From IMG/VR virus record IMGVR_UViG_3300037706_000119, positions 1 to 35,497 of that record: 35,497 bases of DNA. One strand, 5' to 3'. A program made the position numbers and the translations under genes. This DNA is from a virus. Taxonomy: Duplodnaviria > Caudoviricetes. This document shows positions 27,225-34,694 of the stretch, piece after piece (the first letter of the stretch is position 1; each line of letters starts with the position of its first letter). The notes beneath the pieces were generated by a model. That model saw only the letters and a program-made list of their open reading frames with translations, did not search any database and was not told the DNA's origin.

Positions 27225-27407
27225 ATGACCGTCCGGCAGGCGATCGCCGCGCTGGAACGGAGCCGGCGCGACCTGACCGTGGCGATGCGCCTGCTTGACG
27301 GTGTCACCGTCGAACACCCGGACGTGGCGCGCGCGCTGATGGCGGTGCAGTCGGCCAGGGCGACCATGCACGAAGTGCTCACCGAGCTGCGCGCGCTGGT
27401 CCGATAG
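27225..27407 (+). CDS. Small helical hypothetical protein
   Basis: GAGGG SD; directly follows the previous gene. Confidence 0.65.
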   Translation: MTVRQAIAALERSRRDLTVAMRLLDGVTVEHPDVARALMAVQSARATMHEVLTELRALVR

Positions 27408-27501
27408 AGCCGTCGAGGGGTGACTGCGCTCCCTCGCGTGAGGGCCCTTGCGCTGTCGACTCCACATCGGCGATCCTCGAATCGGTGAAGGGGGTGGATG
27501 G

Positions 27502-27813
27502 ATGAGAGCTATCGCTCTGTGTGCGGTTCTGGTCCTTGGGTGCAAGGTCGAAGAGGAGCCCGAGGGCCTCCCCGTCGACGCCGCTTGCGCCGAGCAGCAG
27601 GTCGCGCTTTGCGACAAGTTGGCCGCGCTCTCGACGGAAGAGAAGCCTTGCGGCATGGCGTGCGCGGGATACGCGACCGCCTGCCGCATGGCTCACGATG
27701 TCATCCTGGAAGAGGCTCAGGTCGCGTGTCTCGCCGCCATCTCAGCGATGGACAGCTGCGACAACGTGTTCGTCGTCCCGCCCGAGTGTCTTCAGGCCAG
27801 CTGCGAGTACTAG
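27502..27813 (+). CDS. Cys-rich lipoprotein
   Basis: MRAIALCAVLVLG-C lipobox; many Cys in the mature part. Confidence 0.75.
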   Translation: MRAIALCAVLVLGCKVEEEPEGLPVDAACAEQQVALCDKLAALSTEEKPCGMACAGYATACRMAHDVILEEAQVACLAAISAMDSCDNVFVVPPECLQASCEY

Positions 27814-29016
27814 CTACTCTGCCATCGACGCGTCGAAACGCGGATCACCGGGCCAGATGACGTCCTCGCCGCGGGCCTGTGCGGCGGCGCAGGCCGCGGG
27901 CGACTGGCAGAAGTTTCCGACCTGAAGGCACGCGCAGCACTGGTTGCTCGACATGACGGTGTTCATGCATGTGGTTCCTGGGCAGCACTGGCTCGAAGAC
28001 GTGCACGGTTGCGGATACGGCGTGCAGCTCGACCCGTCGTCGCCTCCGTCGTCATCGTCGCCCGAGTCGGGTGGGACTGTCTCGGGGCGCTGGCGCACGA
28101 ACGCGTTGCCCGGGGCGCCGCTGGTCGGTCCGAGGTCGAGCACCCAGGCCGGCTGGTTGCCGAACCAGCCGTGAGACGGGTCGAAGTAGTCGGTCGTCCT
28201 CATATCTCGGTAGGGACGCTTGCCACCGCTGCACGCGCCGGTGAACACCTGCGCGATGCCCGCGGCGGCGCCGCCCGAGGTCGGTCCGATGGCGGCGGGC
28301 AGCACCGCCCACCACTTCCCACCGCTCTGTGTCAACCTGGCGTTCTTCATCTTGATGTAGCTCAGGCCTGGCGAGATGGCTCCGGCCGGGCAGGCGCCGG
28401 CTTCCAGGTCGTCGGTACCCCACGCCGAGGGGATCGACGGAGGCGGAGCGACCTTCTGCGGCGCGCTGGCCCGGTACAGGATCGATGGAGCGCCTCCACC
28501 AGGGCTCGGCGTGAGGCCGGTGCTCATCGCCCAGTACGCCTGCGTGCTCGTCGGGTTACCTGGGGTCCCGGTCTTGAAGTAGAGATCCGGTGCCGCGCCG
28601 GATGAGTGGATGGGCACGCCTCGGTCAGTGAACCTCCCCTGGAAGCACGGCACGTGCCCGAAGAAGTAGCTGCACGGCGCGCCCGCACTATTGCACTCGG
28701 TGGGCACGTTGCTCGCCCGACAGATCGGACCTGTGCACCCGCTCGACGTGTGCACCCGGGTATAGCTCAGCCCGCCACACGACTCGACGGCAGCGAGCAG
28801 TCCGGCCGCGCGCGCCTGTTCGGCCAGCTTCGCCGACTCGTGATAGTCGGCGAGGTCCAGACCCAGCTCGTCGGCGTGTTCGGCGCTCACGATCCTGATC
28901 GCCTCGTCGTCCACCCCTTCCAATGCCTCGCTCTCTCCTCCTCCTCCCTCGCCACATGCGACCGCGCCCAGCGCGGCCAGGGTCAACAGAACCAGAAAAA
29001 CACACGTTCGTTTCAT
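27814..29016 (-). CDS. Cys-rich lipoprotein (400 aa)
   Basis: AAGGAG SD; MKRTCVFLVLLTLAALGAVA-C lipobox; Asp/Gly linker and C-x6-C-x5-CC-x4-C C-terminal module. Confidence 0.82.
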   Translation of the reverse strand: MKRTCVFLVLLTLAALGAVACGEGGGGESEALEGVDDEAIRIVSAEHADELGLDLADYHESAKLAEQARAAGLLAAVESCGGLSYTRVHTSSGCTGPICRASNVPTECNSAGAPCSYFFGHVPCFQGRFTDRGVPIHSSGAAPDLYFKTGTPGNPTSTQAYWAMSTGLTPSPGGGAPSILYRASAPQKVAPPPSIPSAWGTDDLEAGACPAGAISPGLSYIKMKNARLTQSGGKWWAVLPAAIGPTSGGAAAGIAQVFTGACSGGKRPYRDMRTTDYFDPSHGWFGNQPAWVLDLGPTSGAPGNAFVRQRPETVPPDSGDDDDGGDDGSSCTPYPQPCTSSSQCCPGTTCMNTVMSSNQCCACLQVGNFCQSPAACAAAQARGEDVIWPGDPRFDASMAE

Positions 29017-29102
29017 GTCTTGCGTCTCCTTCGGCGCACAGCGCCGCCGCGACCTCGCTCCCGTGAGCGTGACCCCGGCGGGGCGGCCCGCCCATGCGCC
29101 CC

Positions 29103-29231
29103 TCAGCCGGCGCGCCGCAACCGCTCGACGTGCTTCTCGAGCACCTCGAGCGTGTTCTCCAGCGCCTGCACCCGCGCCTCGACCTCCGCGATCCGGGCGC
29201 GCATCTCGGACAATTCTCCGCGCTCCGTCAT
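29103..29231 (-). CDS. 42-aa coiled-coil protein
   Basis: MTERGELSEMRARIAEVEARVQALE...; ATGA overlap with the lysin stop. Confidence 0.65.
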   Translation of the reverse strand: MTERGELSEMRARIAEVEARVQALENTLEVLEKHVERLRRAG

Positions 29232-29794
29232 GGCAGCCGACAAAACCCGAGGAGCAGCGCCTCCCCGATCTCGTGGTTGAACTCGCGGACCTTGGACGGG
29301 ATGAACACCCCGGCCTTGTTCTTCCCGCCGCCCTTGTTGCCCTCGATGCTCCAGAACTCGCCACCGTCCACGCGAGACACGATCCCGATGTGTCCGGTGC
29401 GCGCCCCGGCGGCGCCGCGGTGCCACAGCACGATGTCGCCGGGTGCCGGCCTATCGACGCGCACGCCGACCTTGAGGCAGTTGGCGAACAGCTTCTTGGC
29501 ACCGTGGCTGCGCTTCACGGGCTGTGCCTGGGTTTCGCCCTTGCGGTGCAGTTGCATCCACGCTTCCTCGATGCACCACGAGACGAACGCCGCGCACCAT
29601 GCACCGCCCGGCCCGCCATTGCGGCGGTACCGGTCGAGGTCTGGCCCGACGTTGTTCCCCCCCTGTTCGCCGCGTCCGATCTGGCCTCGCGCGGTCAGCT
29701 CCGCTGCGATCCCGAGAGCGCTCCTTGGCGGTGTGACGATCGGGGCGGGAGGCGCCGCGCGAAACGCCGCCAGGATCTTGGACCAGAAGCTCAC
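29228..29794 (-). CDS. CHAP-domain endolysin
   Basis: AWCAAFVSWC, PAPGDIVLW, GHIGIV, SIEGN; GTG start at the GTGA overlap. Confidence 0.9.
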   Translation of the reverse strand: MSFWSKILAAFRAAPPAPIVTPPRSALGIAAELTARGQIGRGEQGGNNVGPDLDRYRRNGGPGGAWCAAFVSWCIEEAWMQLHRKGETQAQPVKRSHGAKKLFANCLKVGVRVDRPAPGDIVLWHRGAAGARTGHIGIVSRVDGGEFWSIEGNKGGGKNKAGVFIPSKVREFNHEIGEALLLGFCRLP

Positions 29795-29979
29795 CGGATC
29801 ACCTGCCCGGGGCGGTGCAGGTCGCCCCAGAACCGACGCAGCGTGACTCCGGCGCCGTCCGCACCGGTGAGCTCGACGCGGACCTCGGCGCCGTCCCACG
29901 ACCCGCTGCAGCACAGCTCGGGGTGGTCCGCCCGGATCCGGCCGAGCAGCGTGTTGATGAACTTCCTCGCATCGCTCAT
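29791..29979 (-). CDS. Hypothetical protein (62 aa)
   Basis: GGAGAGG upstream; overlaps at both ends. Confidence 0.7.
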   Translation of the reverse strand: MSDARKFINTLLGRIRADHPELCCSGSWDGAEVRVELTGADGAGVTLRRFWGDLHRPGQVIR

Positions 29980-30317
29980 TCGTCCACCTCTCCGTTGTGT
30001 CCGCACTCGGCGGCCAGTTCCTTAAGCGTTGCGATGTGGCCCGCGCACAGCACCGCGCCCGGCGCGTGCGGGGCCGTACACCTGGCACATTCGCCGCGCC
30101 GGCTGCTGAACACGTCCTCGCCCCCGCGCGGTCGGCCCAGCGGCTTGCCGGAGCGCCGCTCGCGCCCCCGGGCATCCTCACGGGCGGCCTCCGTGGCCTG
30201 CCTCGCGATGCACTCGTGGCATTCCCGGTTGCCCGGCCGCCGGCGGCGCCAGCCACAGACGCGGCAGATGTCGCCGGGCTTGAACCGGGCGCTGGAGGGG
30301 CCCGATGGTTTCGTCAC
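29976..30317 (-). CDS. Basic double zinc-finger-like protein
   Basis: CRVC..CHEC and CARC..CAGH pairs, plus a GRPR motif. Confidence 0.72.
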   Translation of the reverse strand: MTKPSGPSSARFKPGDICRVCGWRRRRPGNRECHECIARQATEAAREDARGRERRSGKPLGRPRGGEDVFSSRRGECARCTAPHAPGAVLCAGHIATLKELAAECGHNGEVDE

Positions 30318-30481
30318 GACGCCTCCGGGCCGGGGCAGTCGTGGTCGCCCTGGTCAACGTGGTCATCGCACAGCGTGGCGCGGCAGTCCGAGCAAGGCGT
30401 GAGATCAGGCCACGCGTACCATTCCGTGCACTCCTCGCAGTACCCCTCCTCCGCGTCGGCGGCTCCGTCCGGCGGGCTCAC
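30314..30481 (-). CDS. AN1-type zinc-finger protein (55 aa), not in ORF track
   Basis: MSPPDGAADAEEGYCEECTEWYAWPDLTPCSDCRATLCDDHVDQGDHDCPGPEAS; GGAGGT SD; GTGA overlaps at both ends. Confidence 0.8.
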   Translation of the reverse strand: MSPPDGAADAEEGYCEECTEWYAWPDLTPCSDCRATLCDDHVDQGDHDCPGPEAS

Positions 30482-30564
30482 CGGCTACCTCCGCGGAGGA
30501 CGTCCCACGTCGAGAGCCAGCGCGGCGCCGACACGCCGGCGTCACACTTGGAGCCGGCGATCAC
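30478..30564 (-). CDS. Possible 28-aa linker ORF across the attP arm
   Basis: GTG overlaps the int stop and TGA overlaps the AN1 start; no recognisable motif. Confidence 0.4.
   Translation of the reverse strand: MIAGSKCDAGVSAPRWLSTWDVLRGGSR
30530..30548 (+). repeat. Putative integrase arm-type site, copy 1
   Basis: GACACGCCGGCGTCACACT; 17/19 identical to 30748-30766. Confidence 0.7.
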
Positions 30565-31766
30565 TTCTTACCCCCCGGGAGCGCTGTCAGAACGGGTGGA
30601 TCAGAGTCCTCCGTGTCGTCAGACTTGAGGACTGAAAATCCGCGTGTCGGCCGTTCGATCCGGCCCCTGGGCACTGCATTTGGCGGACTTACCTGCATTC
30701 GATCTGTGCCTCCGATGCCTGAGATAGCTGGTTTGTGCACCTGTGTTGTCACGTCGGCGTCACACTCCGGAAGGACCGAGACGGCAGCCCGGTACGTGGC
30801 GGTGGTGAGCCGGCCGTAGACCATCTCCACCATGCGCGTGGAGCTGTGGCCGAGCAGGTGCGCCACGGCCAGGGAGTCGACGCCGGCCTGCTTCATCCAG
30901 CTGGCGAAGGTCCGGCGAAGGTCGTTGGGCGAGAGCCGGGGCAGCCCGGCCGTGGACTGGTGCTTCTTCGGGACCGGGACGCCGGTCGCCTTCCAGTAGG
31001 CGATGCAGATGTCCCGCCGGCGGTTGGTCCACTCCTCGACCAGCGGCTCGTCCGGGCCGGCATCTCGACAGCGCGCCTCCAGCCAGGGGACCAGCGCCGC
31101 GGGGATGGGAACGGACCGGCGCGAGTCCTTCGTCTTGGTGCCGCGGTTGCGCAAGATCAGGTGCTCGAGGTCGACGTCGCCGACCCGATGCCCGTTGATC
31201 TCGGAGTCGCGCCCGCCCAGGTAGGTGGCGACCATGAGCCAGAGACGGCGCTTGGGGGCCAGCCGGTCGAGCACGTCTCGGAACTGCTCCGGGCTGAGGT
31301 GGCGCTCGCGGGGCTGGTACTGGGCGGAGAACTTCGGGACCACGGCGGCGTCGAATCCGGCCTCGCGCAGCGCGCCGCGCAGGACGACCAGCTCCTTGTG
31401 CACGGAGCCCGGGCTGGCCCCGTCCTCCTTGAGGCGCGTGGCGATGTAGCGCTGCACCTCCGGCCGGGTGAGCGGTAGCACGTGGTCGGCGCCGATGACG
31501 CGGGCCAGGTGGCGCACCTTCTGCTCGTACGACTCGACCGTGCCGGCCGCCTTGCTCACGCAGGCCACGTCCACGAAGTACCTCAGCGCGGGTCCGAGGG
31601 AGGCTTGCGCGTCCGCACCTTGATGGGGCGGATCGAGCTCGAGTCGTCGGAGTCGTTCGCGGGCGACGGCCCGGTCGCTGGTCCGGAGGCTGAGCCGGTA
31701 GCGCCGGCCCGTCGAGTCCTGGAAGTCCGCCCACCAGACCTTGCCGCGCCGGTAGAGCTTTCCCAT
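30561..31766 (-). CDS. int: Tyrosine integrase
   Basis: N-terminal arm-binding LYRRGKVWW; catalytic R (GGRDSE), K, NDLRRT, LLGH and Y (MVYG). Confidence 0.95.
   Translation of the reverse strand: MGKLYRRGKVWWADFQDSTGRRYRLSLRTSDRAVARERLRRLELDPPHQGADAQASLGPALRYFVDVACVSKAAGTVESYEQKVRHLARVIGADHVLPLTRPEVQRYIATRLKEDGASPGSVHKELVVLRGALREAGFDAAVVPKFSAQYQPRERHLSPEQFRDVLDRLAPKRRLWLMVATYLGGRDSEINGHRVGDVDLEHLILRNRGTKTKDSRRSVPIPAALVPWLEARCRDAGPDEPLVEEWTNRRRDICIAYWKATGVPVPKKHQSTAGLPRLSPNDLRRTFASWMKQAGVDSLAVAHLLGHSSTRMVEMVYGRLTTATYRAAVSVLPECDADVTTQVHKPAISGIGGTDRMQVSPPNAVPRGRIERPTRGFSVLKSDDTEDSDPPVLTALPGGKK
30629..30674 (+). other. attP core = 3' half of tRNA-Phe(GAA)
   Basis: GGA-CTGAAAA-TCC anticodon arm, GGCCG-TTCGATC-CGGCC T arm, CCTGGGC-A acceptor strand; no 5' half. 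Confidence 0.9.
30748..30766 (+). repeat. Putative integrase arm-type site, copy 2
   Basis: GTCACGTCGGCGTCACACT, direct repeat on the other side of the core. Confidence 0.7.
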
Positions 31767-31930
31767 GGCTTCACCATCCTCTGCTGCAGATACTGCTCGA
31801 CGGCATCCTCTGGCACGCGGAGCCGGCCAGCGACCGTCGCGTGCATCATCTCACGGACCACGCGGTAGGCCGCCCGGCGCGAGATGCGCAGCAGGACGCC
31901 GACCTCCTCGACGGTGAGGAGCTTGGTCAT
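31583..31930 (-). CDS. xis: Excisionase-like HTH protein overlapping int
   Basis: LLTVEEVGVLLRISRRAAYR...GRLRVPEDAVEQYL; GGAGGAGG SD. Confidence 0.85.
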   Translation of the reverse strand: MTKLLTVEEVGVLLRISRRAAYRVVREMMHATVAGRLRVPEDAVEQYLQQRMVKPWESSTGAARSGGRTSRTRRAGATGSASGPATGPSPANDSDDSSSIRPIKVRTRKPPSDPR

Positions 31931-32079
31931 CGCCTCCTCCTCGCTCGCGCCACCGGGAACGGCTCCGCCACGCGGTGCCAGCGGCACGGCCGCCAGCCCA
32001 GCACGCAGGCAACGACCTCCTCGACGAGCACAACGATCGAGCCGGCGGCGATGAGTCCGGTGAAGATGAGCAGGGTCAT
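31927..32079 (-). CDS. Small membrane protein (50 aa)
   Basis: GGAGG SD, ATGA overlaps, hydrophobic N-terminal half. Confidence 0.65.
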   Translation of the reverse strand: MTLLIFTGLIAAGSIVVLVEEVVACVLGWRPCRWHRVAEPFPVARARRRR

Positions 32080-32348
32080 GCAGCCTCCAGCGGCAACTCC
32101 GCCTGCGCGGGCAGCGTCTCCTCGATCAGCCCAAGCCCGTCGGAGACGCCAGCCGCTTTGGCGATCGGGCAGAACAGCGTCGCCGCGATCTTCTCCATCT
32201 GGATGATCAGCACCTGGCGCGCGTTGCCGATCCGCCGCTGGCGCAACTCGTCCAGCGCTCTCTCGATGGCGCTGTACGCGTCGAGGACGGCGATGGTGAG
32301 CAGATCCAGAGCCTGCTCCGTGGGCGTGCCGTCGGATTGGTCGCTCAC
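32076..32348 (-). CDS. Hypothetical protein
   Basis: GTGA-coupled start; ends QAELPLEAA. Confidence 0.7.
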   Translation of the reverse strand: MSDQSDGTPTEQALDLLTIAVLDAYSAIERALDELRQRRIGNARQVLIIQMEKIAATLFCPIAKAAGVSDGLGLIEETLPAQAELPLEAA

Positions 32349-32617
32349 GGTCGCCTCGCGTGCACGCGGCGGGACAGCGGCGCCCAGGGCAGCTCGGCCT
32401 GGATCGGCGGCGTCTCGGTGCGCACCTGGACCACGTGCAGATCGCAGACGACAGGCCAGGGGTCCGGCGTCCACGGGCAGGCGAACGCCTCCTCGTCGGT
32501 GGCGTGCTGGTGACCGCAGTCCGCGGCCGACCCGTCCGGGTTACTGAGTCCCACGGTGAGGCCGTCGCCATCGCGAGGGACCATTGCCTTGACGACCCAG
32601 TGGATCGCCGCGCTCAT
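32345..32617 (-). CDS. Hypothetical protein with CGHQH...AFAC motif
   Basis: ATGA-coupled start; possible metal-binding motif. Confidence 0.7.
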   Translation of the reverse strand: MSAAIHWVVKAMVPRDGDGLTVGLSNPDGSAADCGHQHATDEEAFACPWTPDPWPVVCDLHVVQVRTETPPIQAELPWAPLSRRVHARRP

Positions 32618-32844
32618 GCGGACCGCCTGATCGCCTGCTGGACCGCGCGCGGCTTGGAGGCGCAGCGGACGCAGAGCTGGAGCACCACGTGCCGGTCCAC
32701 CGTGCCCTGGACCGTGCAGCGCACCGACCGGACGCCGCCGAGCTCGGCGCGTACGCTGCAGCCGGCGCAGGGGCCACTCTTGGCCTCCGGGAAGCAGCGC
32801 CAGAGCCGCTCCCACGTGGAGGTCTTGCGGGGCCGCGTTGTCAC
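32614..32844 (-). CDS. Small zinc-binding protein
   Basis: CAGC...CVRC; GTGA-coupled start. Confidence 0.65.
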   Translation of the reverse strand: MTTRPRKTSTWERLWRCFPEAKSGPCAGCSVRAELGGVRSVRCTVQGTVDRHVVLQLCVRCASKPRAVQQAIRRSA

Positions 32845-32975
32845 CGACGCCTCCGAGCCTCGTCCTGGGCGAGCTCGCGCCGCTCGGCCAGGGCCACGGC
32901 CAGGTCGACGCCGACGATGATCGCGAGCGGGCAGAACAGGCCGCCGGCTGCGAACCCGAGCAGGAAGGCGATCAC
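32841..32975 (-). CDS. Small membrane peptide (44 aa)
   Basis: GTGA overlaps; hydrophobic N-terminus. Confidence 0.55.
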   Translation of the reverse strand: MIAFLLGFAAGGLFCPLAIIVGVDLAVALAERRELAQDEARRRR

Positions 32976-33457
32976 TTGTCGCCTCGGGGGCGTAGCCGTC
33001 CGCCGCCACGAACGAACTCGAGTGTCTTGCGGACCCTCTCCACCATCGACGCCTCCCCGTCGGCAAACTCCGTTCGGTCCTCCTTGCTCGGCAAAAGCGA
33101 CTCCTCGTGGTCGAGTACGGCGTCGCACGCCTCATGTGCCGAGCGCGCACCCTCGGCCTTGGCGGAGTCGCGCTCTGTGATGACGTCTCGTGCGACCTGC
33201 ACAAGGCGCTGCACCTGCCGCTCCAGTTCCTCGATGCGCTTCAGCAGCGGTTCGCGCCCGGCCTGGACGGCGCGACGGGCGATGTCCAAGACCGTTTCGC
33301 GAGTGAAGCGCAGGCGGCCGTCCACGACATCTGCGACGATCTCCTCCACCTCCGCCTCGCGACTGGTATGGAGGCGCGTCTCGAGATCCTCGATGCGCTT
33401 GTCTCGGTTTGCCAGCTCATCGGACAGCCACCGGGCGGGATCGATGCTGTCGCTCAT
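32972..33457 (-). CDS. Coiled-coil hypothetical protein
   Basis: Coupled overlaps; helical composition. Confidence 0.7.
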   Translation of the reverse strand: MSDSIDPARWLSDELANRDKRIEDLETRLHTSREAEVEEIVADVVDGRLRFTRETVLDIARRAVQAGREPLLKRIEELERQVQRLVQVARDVITERDSAKAEGARSAHEACDAVLDHEESLLPSKEDRTEFADGEASMVERVRKTLEFVRGGGRLRPRGDK

Positions 33458-33525
33458 GACAGCGGGCGGCCCAGCGCGCGCAGCACCAGGGCTGCCTCGA
33501 GCACGATTCCCACGACGTCGCTCAC
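33454..33525 (-). CDS. Possible 23-aa hydrophobic peptide
   Basis: MSDVVGIVLEAALVLRALGRPLS; overlaps at both ends. Confidence 0.45.
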   Translation of the reverse strand: MSDVVGIVLEAALVLRALGRPLS

Positions 33526-34694
33526 GGCAGTGCCTTCCTCTCCGGCTCTACCTCGATAAGCTTCGTGGTTTTGCCGCGCGACGCGCCGCCGCGCTTGCGC
33601 ACCTCCTCGAGGACATGGCGCGCCTTGGCCGCTCCGCCGCGCCCGAATGCTGCGCGCGTCGCCTCCTCCAGCGCCTTCTTGGTGGCCGTCCGCTGCACCG
33701 ATGCATCCGCGACGGCAGGGCCGCACAGCTGCAGCGCGACGTTGTACACCTCGTCACCGTCGAGGCGCTCATGGCCATCGACGGTCACCTGCTTGAGCAG
33801 CTTGCCGTTGGGCAACTCGAGCTGGCCGTGCTCCTCCAGATACGCGCGACACGCGGCCTCGATGCGATTGAGCATCGCGCGCGCCATGCCGAGCCGCTCC
33901 CACGCGATCCCCGCGGTCCGTGCATCCAGCGGGATCAGCAGCTCGAGCTCGTCCCCCTCGGCGCCGCTGGCGAGCCTGCGTATGAGGTGGGACTTCGCGG
34001 GGCAGACGGGCGTCGCCGGGCAGTAGCGACAGTGCTCGCCCTCGTTGACATTGGGGACGCCGCCCGACTGCACCACGGTGACCGCGTGGGCGACCTGCCG
34101 TGCCTCATCGATCAGCTCCGAGGCGATGGCGTCGAGGTCCCAGCATTCGAGGTGGTGCCACTGCCAGCGCGGCTCCGAGCTTTCGCGCCCGACGATGATC
34201 GCGATCCGGGCCGAGTCGCAGCCCCACGCGCGCGCCGCCATCAGCGCCAGCATGGCCAGCTGAGGGTTGCGCTCCGGGTGCGTGACCTTGCCGTACCCGG
34301 TCTTGAGGTCCACGACGATCGCAACGCCGTCGATGACGCCGGCCAGGTCGGCGGTGCCGGCGATCTCGCCGTCGATCAGGTCGTACCGGCGCTTCAGGTT
34401 CTCACCCAGGACGCGCGCCCCGCTGGTCTCGAGGGACATGGCCAGCGCCAGCTCGGGGCGGAGGTGCGGCGCCAGCGGCGCCAGCGACTCGCACAGCGGC
34501 GCCCATTCGTCCGGCACGTTGACCAGCGCGGCATCGAGGCTCATGCCCTCGCGCAGCTGCGACACGAACGCGCACATCGCCTCGTGGCCGTCATTGCCAG
34601 TCTGCGCCCACTCGGACGTGGTGTGAATTTGTGGGAGGGAGGCCGAGGCCGGGCAGTGCTGAACGCGCTCTCGCGCCGAAGCTGTGTAGGTCAT
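33522..34694 (-). CDS. Cas4/RecB-like PD-(D/E)xK exonuclease
   Basis: GTADL...VDLKTG...QLAML; N-terminal Cys (HCP) plus CRYCPATPVC, the Fe-S staple pattern; start at ATGA 34694. Confidence 0.87.
   Translation of the reverse strand: MTYTASARERVQHCPASASLPQIHTTSEWAQTGNDGHEAMCAFVSQLREGMSLDAALVNVPDEWAPLCESLAPLAPHLRPELALAMSLETSGARVLGENLKRRYDLIDGEIAGTADLAGVIDGVAIVVDLKTGYGKVTHPERNPQLAMLALMAARAWGCDSARIAIIVGRESSEPRWQWHHLECWDLDAIASELIDEARQVAHAVTVVQSGGVPNVNEGEHCRYCPATPVCPAKSHLIRRLASGAEGDELELLIPLDARTAGIAWERLGMARAMLNRIEAACRAYLEEHGQLELPNGKLLKQVTVDGHERLDGDEVYNVALQLCGPAVADASVQRTATKKALEEATRAAFGRGGAAKARHVLEEVRKRGGASRGKTTKLIEVEPERKALP

Noticed and set aside
29040-29102. c-di-GMP-I riboswitch (GGTCACGC start on the minus strand)
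   Set aside because: Lacks the GCAAA and GNRA/receptor elements; the resemblance is superficial.
30600-30680. Complete tRNA-Phe gene
   Set aside because: No 5' acceptor strand or D arm; only the 3' half is present, consistent with attP.
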